In this document: positions 8,870 to 17,143 of the stretch, piece by piece
Layout of the letters: every line of letters starts with the position of its first letter
Numbering within the stretch: the stretch's first letter is position 1
Assembly (NCBI GenBank): GCA_964358525.1
Contig: CAYHPU010000001.1
Span: 1-48,596, forward strand
DNA length: 48,596 bases
Direction: 5' to 3'
DNA from: an uncultured Gammaproteobacteria bacterium
GTDB lineage: Bacteria > Patescibacteriota > Microgenomatia > UBA1406
Notes under the pieces: model-generated
The model's input: only the letters and a program-made list of their open reading frames with translations
The model's database searches: none
What the model was told of the DNA's origin: nothing
Position numbers and translations under genes: made by a program

Positions 8870-9328
8870 ATGAAAGCACTTTTTTTAGCCCTTATGCTTG
8901 TCTTTATGGGCGTTGGAATAACACTCTCTGTGCTTATGTACTTTCGTATGGGACCGTTCCAGAAGGATGCCACAACTAAAACATACTCAAAAAATTACCA
9001 CGCAATTGTCTTAAAAAATGGACAGATCTATCTCGGAAAAATACAAGAAGAAAAAAATGGCTTTCTAACTATTGAGGACGTATATTATTTCAAGGTTCTT
9101 AGTGTTCCAGTCCCACAACCAACATCAAAATCAAAAGTAAAACAAAGCACGTCGTCTGCTGCCTTAAAAAAACAATTCACCATTTTAAAACTCGGCAGTG
9201 AATTTCATGGCCCAACAGATGAATTAATGCTGAATAAAGACCAAGTGAAATCAATCGAAGAACTCAAAAATGATAGTAAAATTGTGCAAGCAATTAAAAA
9301 ATACTTAGAGGAAGCCAAAAAGAGGTGA
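8870..9328 (+). CDS. hypothetical membrane-anchored protein (paralogue of 8435..8863)
   Basis: 152-aa ORF with an N-terminal TM and the shared core motif given for the previous feature. The C-terminal part reads LKLGSEFHGPTDELMLNKDQVKSIEELK. Confidence 0.65.
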   Translation: MKALFLALMLVFMGVGITLSVLMYFRMGPFQKDATTKTYSKNYHAIVLKNGQIYLGKIQEEKNGFLTIEDVYYFKVLSVPVPQPTSKSKVKQSTSSAALKKQFTILKLGSEFHGPTDELMLNKDQVKSIEELKNDSKIVQAIKKYLEEAKKR

Positions 9329-9334
9329 GAATTA

Positions 9335-10150
9335 TTAGAGGTGCGCTACTTGTAGTAGATCTTTTTCTCCAAAATATCTCCCCAGGAACAATTTCACCAG
9401 TACATTATACTGTTCGCTAAAGTCCGAAACATAATATTCTCTTTTTTGATTCTTTTTTATCAATTTTTCTATTTCTGGATGATTTTCAAAATAGTTTTTA
9501 AGTTTTTCTGGAATAACTACCGCCTCAGAAACAATAGTAATACCCTCTCCTAAAACATTTCGAATTTGCTTTTCAATAAGGCTGTAATGAGTACATCCTA
9601 AAAGAAGCGTGTCGATGTTTCTTTTTATGAGTGGATATAGATATTTCTCCAGAATAGATTTGAGCCCGTCCCATTCGAACTCACCTTCTTCAATAATAGG
9701 AACAAGGAGGGGACATTCGTTTTGAACAACCGTACTCTCTGGCAAAACTTTTCGTATCTCGCGCTCAAACGCCCCAGAAGAAATGGTAGCCCGCGTACCA
9801 ATGACGCCAACACACTTTGATTGAAGTACTGCAATAGTCTCGACAGCTGGTTTAACAACCCCTAAAATTCTTCTGCTGGGATATTTTTGTGGTAAATATT
9901 CACGCTGTAATCTACGAAGTGCGTTTGTTGTGGATGTATTACAGGCAAGAATTACGAGTGCACAATTTTTCTTGAATAAAAAATCTACTGATTGTTTTGT
10001 CAATTCATAAATTAGTTCTGGTGATTTATTTCCATATGGCACGTGAGCATTGTCACCAAGATACACGTAATTATAGTCGGGTAACTTCTTGTACAACTCT
10101 TTGAGTACTGATAACCCACCAAGGCTTGAATCAAAAACCCCAATATTCAT
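9335..10150 (-). CDS. murI: glutamate racemase
   Basis: GVFDSSLGGLSVLKEL, the catalytic Cys motifs LACNTSTT and LGCTHYSL, 271 aa. Confidence 0.9.
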   Translation of the reverse strand: MNIGVFDSSLGGLSVLKELYKKLPDYNYVYLGDNAHVPYGNKSPELIYELTKQSVDFLFKKNCALVILACNTSTTNALRRLQREYLPQKYPSRRILGVVKPAVETIAVLQSKCVGVIGTRATISSGAFEREIRKVLPESTVVQNECPLLVPIIEEGEFEWDGLKSILEKYLYPLIKRNIDTLLLGCTHYSLIEKQIRNVLGEGITIVSEAVVIPEKLKNYFENHPEIEKLIKKNQKREYYVSDFSEQYNVLVKLFLGRYFGEKDLLQVAHL

Positions 10151-10157
10151 TAATGCA

Positions 10158-10166
10158 ATTATATCA
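10158..10166 (-). promoter_or_regulatory. extended -10 (TGaTATAAT) 7 nt upstream of the murI ATG; implies a leaderless mRNA
   Basis: Minus-strand reading ...TTGATATAAT-TGCATTA-ATG. No SD. Confidence 0.5.
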
Positions 10167-10174
10167 ATTAAAAC

Positions 10175-10222
10175 CTTGCCCTAACCTAGCAACCTACCAA
10201 CTGCCTAACCCTCACCCTAACC
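10175..10222 (-). repeat. TTAGGG-like G-rich dispersed repeat, copy A (G-rich on minus strand)
   Basis: Minus strand: GGTTAGGGTGAGGGTTAGGCAGTTGGTAGGTTGCTAGGTTAGGGCAAGG. 24 of 27 nt are identical to copy B (42859..), including 17 contiguous nt. Confidence 0.8.
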
Positions 10223-10230
10223 AATAATTG

Positions 10231-10239
10231 TGTTAACAT
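10231..10239 (+). promoter_or_regulatory. extended -10 (TGtTAACAT) 7 nt upstream of the tdk ATG
   Basis: tgTGTTAACAT-agtctcc-ATG. No SD. Confidence 0.45.
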
Positions 10240-10246
10240 AGTCTCC

Positions 10247-10822
10247 ATGGTTGGTCACCTCGACGTAATAACCGGCCCTATGTTTGCCGGAAAAAGTGAA
10301 GAATTAGTCAAACGCTTGCGTCGCTATAAAATTGCAGGTCTTAAGGCGATCGTTTTTAACCATGCGTTAGATACGCGATATGCAACCAACAAAATCGCGT
10401 CACATTCAAAACAGAAATGGAAAGCAACAAGTGTTAAAAGTCCCTCTGAAATTCTCACAAAAATTCATAAAAATACCGACGTTGTTATTGTCGACGAGGC
10501 CCAGTTTTTTGATATATCACTTATTGGTGTTGTTCAAAGATTGATTCAAAAAGGAATTATAGTAATTGTTGCGGGCCTCGATACCGATTTTCGAGGAGAG
10601 CCATTCGGCTGCGTGCCACAACTCCTTGCGCTTGCCGATGGGGAAATAATTAAGCTAAAAGCAGTGTGTCATACCTGTAAAAAATGGACTGCGGTTCGCA
10701 CCCAGCGTGTTCGTGCAAATGGAAAGCCCGCGCATTACAACGCACCACTTGTTCAAATCGGGGCAGTAGATTCTTATCAAGCTCGTTGTCTATTACACCA
10801 CGAAGTTCCCGGAAAACCATAG
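10247..10822 (+). CDS. tdk: thymidine kinase
   Basis: P-loop GPMFAGKSEEL, VVIVDEAQFF, and a C-terminal Cys cluster (CHTCKK...C). Confidence 0.9.
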   Translation: MVGHLDVITGPMFAGKSEELVKRLRRYKIAGLKAIVFNHALDTRYATNKIASHSKQKWKATSVKSPSEILTKIHKNTDVVIVDEAQFFDISLIGVVQRLIQKGIIVIVAGLDTDFRGEPFGCVPQLLALADGEIIKLKAVCHTCKKWTAVRTQRVRANGKPAHYNAPLVQIGAVDSYQARCLLHHEVPGKP

Positions 10823-10825
10823 TCT

Positions 10826-11977
10826 ATGACAAAAGAAATGTATAATAGGCGTCTCCTAATCACCACCGTTTTAATACATACAATTATAGCCTTGGCTGTT
10901 GTAATTTTTGCTAAACGACTTTTTCCCTACGGTGGCCGTTTTCCTTATAAAGAGTTATTGCCTAGTTTCAGTTTGCCCACATGGCTATCTGCCTGGGCGA
11001 ATTTTGATGGATTGCATTACGTTAAGATTGCTCAAAACGGATACGCACAATATGAACAGGCTTTTTTTCCTTTGTATCCTTTATTGATAAAATTCGTTGC
11101 TCCTCTTTTTTCTCAAAACCATCTTTTGGCCGGTCTCATAATTTCAAATATCTGTTTCGTGATTGGACTATATTTTACAATTCGTGTTCTTAAAACTCAC
11201 TATTCATTAAATCAAACAAAATGGTTTCTCCTTTTGTTTTGTACCTTTCCTACGGCATTCTTTTTTCACGCTGTTTATACCGAAAGTCTTTTCTTTATGC
11301 TCGTTACAGCCACCCTCTTTTTCCTCCAAAAAAAAAGGTGGAAACTTATGGCGCTGTGTGCCGCGTGCGCGTCTGCCACACGTCTCATGGGAATTTTTCT
11401 GATTATTCCAATTGGAATCGAGACTTTCAGAACAATTAAACAATATAACAATTTAACAATTCGTACTCTTCTTACAGTTCTTTCCCCGCTTCTCGGCTTT
11501 GGAATCTACGCACTCTACCTCTGGTTTTCAACAGGCAACCCATTCTATTTTTTCACCTCACAACCAGCTTTTGGAGCCAATAGATCAACGAGCCCTATTC
11601 TTCTTCCCCAGGTGTATTATCGTTATTTTCGAATCTTTCTAGTTTCTACTCACGATTTATCTTATTTTGTAGCCCTGGTTGAATTTTTCATTTTCACTTT
11701 TAGTTTATTACTATCTTTATGGTGGTCGTACAAATCGTATATTCAAAAACAGTGGTTTTCTTTCTCTATTGGCCTCTTTTCGATAATTAACATTGGTCTT
11801 CCTACACTTACCGGGACGCTTTCTTCTGTTCCGCGGTATGCCCTTTTTTCATGGGCACCATTTTTGCTTCTTGCAACTTCTCAAAATAGATTAATAAAGT
11901 GCGGGGTTGTTGTTGTTGGGGCATTATCCCAAGTATTGCTTCTTACTTTATTTATTCAAGGTTACTTTGTAAGTTAA
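10826..11977 (+). CDS. polytopic membrane protein, PIG-V-like mannosyltransferase family (GT-C)
   Basis: FDGLHYVKIAQNGYAQYEQAFFPLYPLLIK matches the hallmark N-terminal loop of PIG-V-like bacterial proteins. About 9 or more TM helices. Confidence 0.65.
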   Translation: MTKEMYNRRLLITTVLIHTIIALAVVIFAKRLFPYGGRFPYKELLPSFSLPTWLSAWANFDGLHYVKIAQNGYAQYEQAFFPLYPLLIKFVAPLFSQNHLLAGLIISNICFVIGLYFTIRVLKTHYSLNQTKWFLLLFCTFPTAFFFHAVYTESLFFMLVTATLFFLQKKRWKLMALCAACASATRLMGIFLIIPIGIETFRTIKQYNNLTIRTLLTVLSPLLGFGIYALYLWFSTGNPFYFFTSQPAFGANRSTSPILLPQVYYRYFRIFLVSTHDLSYFVALVEFFIFTFSLLLSLWWSYKSYIQKQWFSFSIGLFSIINIGLPTLTGTLSSVPRYALFSWAPFLLLATSQNRLIKCGVVVVGALSQVLLLTLFIQGYFVS

Positions 11978-11996
11978 AGAGTAAAATAAGTTTCTT

Positions 11997-12581
11997 ATGG
12001 CACAACCTGTTGTTTTTGATGTTGAGACACAAAATTCATTTCGGGAGGTAAATAACGATACAAAAAAACTTCGTGTATCGGTTGCTGTTGCATATGACTA
12101 TGCGACAAATAAATCATATTCTTTTACCGAAAAAACAATTGGAGACCTGTTTCGGCTATTTGAAAAAGCATCACTCCTTGTTGGTTATAACAGCAACAAC
12201 TTTGACCTTGTTGTTCTCTCACCCTATTATGTGGGGGATTTGTTTTCGTTTGAGCGGTTTGATCTTATGGAGAGTATAAAAGAGAAAACTGGCCGGCGCT
12301 ATCCACTGGATGATCTTATAACGGCAACGCTCTCCAAGGGAAAGACTGGTCACGGTCTACAGGCAATTGATTTTTTTCGAGAAGGGCGAATCGAAGAACT
12401 TACCTCATATTGTACTGACGATGTTATGCTTACTAAAGAGCTTTTTGATTTTGGAATTACCAACAGATTTATCTACCTTCCAACCGCAGTAAGCAAAATA
12501 AAGGTTCCTGTATCGTGGCACCTCGAGCTAGAAAGAAAGCATAGCGAAAAAAAATCTCCAAACTTAACTCTGGGTTTTTAG
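11997..12581 (+). CDS. stand-alone DEDD 3'-5' exonuclease, RNase H-like fold (PolB-exonuclease-like)
   Basis: ExoI FDVETQ, ExoII GYNSNNFDL, ExoIII YCTDDV. 194 aa. Confidence 0.7.
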   Translation: MAQPVVFDVETQNSFREVNNDTKKLRVSVAVAYDYATNKSYSFTEKTIGDLFRLFEKASLLVGYNSNNFDLVVLSPYYVGDLFSFERFDLMESIKEKTGRRYPLDDLITATLSKGKTGHGLQAIDFFREGRIEELTSYCTDDVMLTKELFDFGITNRFIYLPTAVSKIKVPVSWHLELERKHSEKKSPNLTLGF

Positions 12582-13499
12582 CCCCAATTCATCCCATAGT
12601 ACACCTGGTATTGTTTGCAAAACTTCGGTTGTGGTATAAAATGGTCCGATATTTTTATATAGTCTGTCCGCTGCCGCTTTCAAAATAAACGAGGCGGATG
12701 ACGCTGCTAAAATAGCATCATTTTTCACAAAAAACGCCGCAACGAGCGCAGATAAAAGGTCACCCGTACCGCCCTTAATTAAACCTTCGTTTCCTCCCTC
12801 AATGCGCGTCTTATTTTCCGTGCTTCTTGAAAATACAAAGTCGGTGTCCTGGTGCTTGAGAAGCCATGTTGCTTCTGTTGTTTTGGTACCAAGTTGACAA
12901 ATTTCTTCAAGAAGACGGTCTTCATTCCACTCTTGGATTTTGAACTGGGGAAAAAGTCGAGTATATTCACCCCAATGGGGGGTTAAAATGGAATTTTTTG
13001 GAATAAGACCCAACTCTACTTCTTGCAACGCTCCCGCGTCTATTACCCATTTTTTTTGCGGAAAATCTCTCAGTAGTTTATTAACCAACAAATGCGTTAG
13101 CTCCCCCTCGTCCTCGCCCAACAGTATCTCGCTGACACTGTTTGTTGTTGGTTGTTTGTTGTTAGTTGGTGGTTGACTTCTTCTGCACATCCCTGGACCA
13201 ATCAAGACAACGTCGGCCTCTGCAATATAATGCAGAAGTTTATCTTGAGAAATTATTATTCCATTTCGAAATTCAATTTTACTTTTTAGCAAAATCTCTT
13301 CATTGGTGTGTGCGGGGGAAAAATAAAAGACTAAGTCAACAAAATGGGCCAGAAGTTCTGCTGCCCAAATGCTCGCACTATGAAAGAGGGTAGAACCGCC
13401 AATAACCAAAACTTTACCATTGTCACCTTTGTGTGATTTTTTTCGTACAAGGCGTAGTTTTTTTATGTCCGAAGCATTAAATTTAATTTTCTCACCCAT
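12564..13499 (-). CDS. nnrD: ADP/ATP-dependent NAD(P)H-hydrate dehydratase (YjeF C-terminal type)
   Basis: KGDNGKVLVIGGS...HSASIWAA and GGTGDLLSALVAAF. It contains a low-complexity insert, SQPPTNNKQPTTNS. Confidence 0.85.
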   Translation of the reverse strand: MGEKIKFNASDIKKLRLVRKKSHKGDNGKVLVIGGSTLFHSASIWAAELLAHFVDLVFYFSPAHTNEEILLKSKIEFRNGIIISQDKLLHYIAEADVVLIGPGMCRRSQPPTNNKQPTTNSVSEILLGEDEGELTHLLVNKLLRDFPQKKWVIDAGALQEVELGLIPKNSILTPHWGEYTRLFPQFKIQEWNEDRLLEEICQLGTKTTEATWLLKHQDTDFVFSRSTENKTRIEGGNEGLIKGGTGDLLSALVAAFFVKNDAILAASSASFILKAAADRLYKNIGPFYTTTEVLQTIPGVLWDELGLKTQS

Positions 13500-13505
13500 G
13501 CCCTT

Positions 13506-13515
13506 ATTGTATAAT
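13506..13515. promoter_or_regulatory. face-to-face overlapping -10 boxes in a 24-nt divergent intergenic region
   Basis: Plus TATAAT 13510-13515 lies 8 nt before ATG 13524. Minus TACAAT (13511-13506) lies 6 nt before ATG 13499. Confidence 0.5.
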
Positions 13516-13523
13516 GATATGTT

Positions 13524-14549
13524 ATGCGGTATCTACTCAAAGTTACTATAATTGTTTTAATTACTCTCGGTATTGGACTGTGGTGGTTTAATAAAGCCAA
13601 ACCGCCGGTGCTTTCAAAATCTGGAAAACCGAAACAAACCTTTGTCGTTACCACTCAGAACCTAAAGAGTACCTTAAGCATTTCCGGAACTGTGCAGGCT
13701 GAAGAGAAGGTCTTGCTCCAATTTCAAACATCAGGAAAACTCTCGTGGGTTGGTGTAAAAGAAGGGGACTCTGTTCAAAAGTACCAAGCGATTGCCGGAC
13801 TTGATCAGCGAGATTTACAAAAGAATTTGCAAAAAAAATTATACGACTTCACCTCGTCGCGCTGGACTGTTGATCAATGGAGAGACGATAATAAAAGCGC
13901 CGCAACAGGAGACACAAATATCTATTTGAGTGACCGTTTAACTCGCCTGGCACAGCAGGGTCAATTTTCTCTTGACAAGACTATTCTTGATGTTGAACTT
14001 TCCCAATTAACTATTGAGCTGGCAACGCTCGTAACTCCAATTGGGGGAATTGTTACGCACGTCGACCAGCCATACGCAGGAGTTAATATTACCCCGGCAG
14101 GCGCACGGTTTGAAATTGTCAATCCCGATTCTCTATACCTAAGGGGGTTCGTAGATCAACAGGATGTCATTAAGCTTCGAGAAAATTCGAGAGCAGAAAT
14201 TATATTTGATGCAATCCCCGATAAAAACTACGTCGGGAAACTTGTTTACATTGCTTTTTCTCCTGAATCTTCTGACGAAAATTCGTATGTAATTAAAATT
14301 AAGTTACCCCACTCTCTGTTGTCAAAGGTGCGTCTTGGTATGGGTGCAGAAATTTCTATAAATACGTTGCAAAAAAATGGTGTTCTCGCGGTTCCCCTCG
14401 AAGCAATAGAAGAGCAAGGAACTAAAAAATATATATTTATACAAACAAAAAACGGTGAAGTAAAAAAACAAATTACAACAGGTCTCGAAACTGATGAATT
14501 CGTTGAGGTTAAAAAAGGTCTTAAAAAGAACGATGTTGTTGTCTATTAA
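13524..14549 (+). CDS. efflux ABC periplasmic adaptor (MacA/HlyD-family membrane fusion protein)
   Basis: N-terminal TM. The lipoyl-like motif ISGTVQAEEKVLLQFQTSGKLSWVGVKEGDSVQKYQAIAGLD. Followed by ABC ATPase and FtsX-type permease genes. Confidence 0.8.
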   Translation: MRYLLKVTIIVLITLGIGLWWFNKAKPPVLSKSGKPKQTFVVTTQNLKSTLSISGTVQAEEKVLLQFQTSGKLSWVGVKEGDSVQKYQAIAGLDQRDLQKNLQKKLYDFTSSRWTVDQWRDDNKSAATGDTNIYLSDRLTRLAQQGQFSLDKTILDVELSQLTIELATLVTPIGGIVTHVDQPYAGVNITPAGARFEIVNPDSLYLRGFVDQQDVIKLRENSRAEIIFDAIPDKNYVGKLVYIAFSPESSDENSYVIKIKLPHSLLSKVRLGMGAEISINTLQKNGVLAVPLEAIEEQGTKKYIFIQTKNGEVKKQITTGLETDEFVEVKKGLKKNDVVVY

Positions 14550-15210
14550 TCACGTCAGCAAAATATACCGTCCCTCGAAAGACGTTACGGTAAACGCACT
14601 AATTGATGTTTCGTTTGAAATAAAACAGGGAGAATTTGTTGCAATACTCGGAAGCTCCGGCTCAGGAAAGTCAACGCTCTTATATATGTTAGGGCTTCTT
14701 GAACGACCTACGGAGGGAGTTATTTATGTTGCAGACGAAGATATTTCTCGTTTGTCAGATGCCGAGATATCTCGTATACGAAATCAAACCATTGGGTTTG
14801 TCTTCCAACAATTTAACTTGATAACCAAACTTACTGTTCTCGAAAATGTTCTTTTACCCGCGCATTATTCACCCCTTGGTGTAACTGCCGCAATAGAAAA
14901 ATATGCGCAGTATCTTCTTGAGACATTTGGGATTCTTGAAAAGAAAGACGCATTTCCTAACCAACTTTCTGGTGGACAACAACAGCGCGTTGCTATTGCC
15001 CGCGCATTGGTAAATTCTCCGAAGGTTATTATCGCCGACGAACCTACGGGAAACCTCGATTCAAAGACCGGTATTCAAATAATGGAACTTATTAAACAAA
15101 TTCATATAAAAGAAGGTAAGACAATACTAGTAGTTACTCATGACGAGCATATTGCTAGCTACGCAAAGCGAATTATCCATATGTTTGACGGAAGGATTAT
15201 TAAAAAATGA
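14533..15210 (+). CDS. ABC transporter ATP-binding protein (MacB/LolD-like)
   Basis: Walker [10 protein letters not shown], signature LSGGQQQR, Walker [10 protein letters not shown] chose start ATG 14533 ([12 protein letters not shown]) rather than the track's 14494. Confidence 0.9.
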   Translation: MLLSINHVSKIYRPSKDVTVNALIDVSFEIKQGEFVAILGSSGSGKSTLLYMLGLLERPTEGVIYVADEDISRLSDAEISRIRNQTIGFVFQQFNLITKLTVLENVLLPAHYSPLGVTAAIEKYAQYLLETFGILEKKDAFPNQLSGGQQQRVAIARALVNSPKVIIADEPTGNLDSKTGIQIMELIKQIHIKEGKTILVVTHDEHIASYAKRIIHMFDGRIIKK

Positions 15211-16400
15211 AAACAATTCTCTTATACCTTATTGAGGCCGCGCGGGACCTTTCAAAAAATAAGGGTCGTTCTATCTTAACATCGCTTGGAATAATAATAG
15301 GCGTTTATAGCGTTGTTCTCCTTTTGGCGTTCGGTGAGGGGCTTAAAATTTACATTGAGCAACAATTTGCGTCTCTCGGAACAAACCTTATTTATGTGTT
15401 GCCGGGGAAAATCTCTGGAAATGCGGGGCCAGGAGCGTTTGGAGGAAAACGATTTACTACCAAAGACCTAGGAAGGCTCCGTACCGGTTTGTCCGATACA
15501 CTTATCGTTCCTGCGACAGTCAAAAACATTACCGCAACTTCTGTTTATAATAAAGAGTCTACGTCGCTATTTGGAAGCACGCGCGATATTTTTATTGTTC
15601 GCAATTTTACTCTGTCTCGTGGCAGATATTTTTCCCGTAATGAAGAGATCGGGGCACGTAAAGTTATTGTGCTTGGCCCTAAAATAGCAACAACACTATT
15701 CGGGAACAGGAATCCTATTCGCCAGACTATTAAAGTACAAGGGCTCTCGTTTACCGTTGTTGGGGTACTCGAAGCAAAAGGGGGTGGAGGATTTGGAGGA
15801 CCAGATTTTGATACGTATGCCTACACTCCATACAAAACAGCGTGGTTGTTCACTACGGATAAAACATTTTTGTCCTTCTATATTCAACCACCGAGTCAAG
15901 AAGCTATTTCTTCTCTTGTCTCCAAGACAAAACGGATATTGCTCAGAGACTATAAAGACGATGATTTCTCTGTAACAACACAGGAAGAACTTATCGGAAC
16001 CATTTCTAGTATTTTTGGAGTTATCAACACCGTGCTTGTTGGGATTGCGGCAATTTCTCTACTCGTTGGTGGAATTGGTATCACCAATATTATGTTCGTT
16101 ACCGTAACTGAGCGTACGCGAGAGATAGGAATTCGAAGAGCAATTGGTGCCCAAGAATCTAACATCTTGTATCAGTTCTTGGCAGAAAGCGCGCTACTGA
16201 CAACACTTGGTGGTTTGGCCGCTCTTGTGCTCGCGTTTCTTACGACTCTACTTATAAATAATTTCTTTCCTGCAAAGATTACTCCTTATGGAATGGGGCT
16301 TGCTTTTGGGGTTTCGTTCTTTATCGGAATAGTGTTTGGTGTATTTCCTGCGCGTAGAGCAGCAAAAATGTCACCTGTCGAAGCAATACGATACGAATAA
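15207..16400 (+). CDS. ABC transporter permease, MacB/FtsX-type
   Basis: TM1, a large extracytoplasmic domain and a C-terminal FtsX domain (ERTREIGIRRAIGA). Its start overlaps the ATPase stop (ATGA). Confidence 0.9.
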   Translation: MKTILLYLIEAARDLSKNKGRSILTSLGIIIGVYSVVLLLAFGEGLKIYIEQQFASLGTNLIYVLPGKISGNAGPGAFGGKRFTTKDLGRLRTGLSDTLIVPATVKNITATSVYNKESTSLFGSTRDIFIVRNFTLSRGRYFSRNEEIGARKVIVLGPKIATTLFGNRNPIRQTIKVQGLSFTVVGVLEAKGGGGFGGPDFDTYAYTPYKTAWLFTTDKTFLSFYIQPPSQEAISSLVSKTKRILLRDYKDDDFSVTTQEELIGTISSIFGVINTVLVGIAAISLLVGGIGITNIMFVTVTERTREIGIRRAIGAQESNILYQFLAESALLTTLGGLAALVLAFLTTLLINNFFPAKITPYGMGLAFGVSFFIGIVFGVFPARRAAKMSPVEAIRYE

Positions 16401-16416
16401 TGAAACTTAGGTCACT

Positions 16417-16441
16417 TAAGTAATTTAAGTTACTTATTTTT
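16417..16441 (+). terminator. weak AT-rich hairpin plus T5 between convergent genes
   Basis: TAAGTAA (16417-16423), loop tttaag, TTACTTA (16430-16436), then ttttt. The stem is only 7 A/T-rich bp and overlaps the rplY stop. Confidence 0.25.
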
Positions 16442-17122
16442 CTCTTTCTTTTCCTCTTTCTTTTCTCCGGCTACAACAGGCCTGGCTCCTTCTGCCATAG
16501 GCTCCACTCCTAGGGCACCCTCTGCTGACGTCTCTTCTGCTGCTACAACAGGCACTATAATCTCTTCCTTCTTGGCAGCAGATATTTGTACAACTGTTTT
16601 TTCTGGTTCGTCTACGAAAACAAAAGATGAAAAAGTTGGAAGATCTTTAACCTTTACTTCGGCGCCAATTCCTGGTAATTCAGAAATGCTTACTTCAATT
16701 TTGTCTGGAATTTCAGTTGGTAAACAAGAAACCATCAGCGAGTTCGCCAGTAAAATAACATCAGCCTCACCACTCTTTACAACATCTAAATCTCCTATAA
16801 CAACAACGGGTACGTGCGTCTCAATTTTTTGTGTCAGGTCCATTTTTCTAAAATCAACGTGCATAAATAGGTTAGAGATGGGATCTTTTTGAATATTTTG
16901 TATTAAAACGGGTGTGTCTTTTTTATCTAGCGAAAGATAAACCAAGTGTGTCTTTTTTGCCTTTTTATATATTTTTGTAAGTGTGTCCAGTTTCACTTGA
17001 ATAGATTGAGATGCTATATTTTTTCCGAAAATATTTGCAGGAATAGATCCTGTTCGTATTAATCGCTTTGCCTTTTTTCCGAACAATGTTCTTTTTTCAA
17101 CAACGAGTTTAAATGATTCCAT
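16430..17122 (-). CDS. rplY: 50S ribosomal protein L25/Ctc form
   Basis: N-terminus KRTLFGKKAKRLIRTGSIPANIFGK, the two-domain Ctc layout and a K/E-rich tail. Confidence 0.85.
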   Translation of the reverse strand: MESFKLVVEKRTLFGKKAKRLIRTGSIPANIFGKNIASQSIQVKLDTLTKIYKKAKKTHLVYLSLDKKDTPVLIQNIQKDPISNLFMHVDFRKMDLTQKIETHVPVVVIGDLDVVKSGEADVILLANSLMVSCLPTEIPDKIEVSISELPGIGAEVKVKDLPTFSSFVFVDEPEKTVVQISAAKKEEIIVPVVAAEETSAEGALGVEPMAEGARPVVAGEKKEEKKEKNK

Positions 17123-17143
17123 TATGTTTGATTAATTAAATAA

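Noticed and set aside
3423-9328. Prophage remnant, suggested by the tail-fibre-like protein
   Set aside because: No capsid, terminase, integrase, tail-tube or lysis genes lie nearby. The protein has its own membrane anchor, and cellular envelope genes flank it.
10175-10222. True telomere or linear-replicon end, suggested by the TTAGGG units
   Set aside because: The units are few, interrupted and not tandemly reiterated. They sit internally between ordinary genes at three loci.
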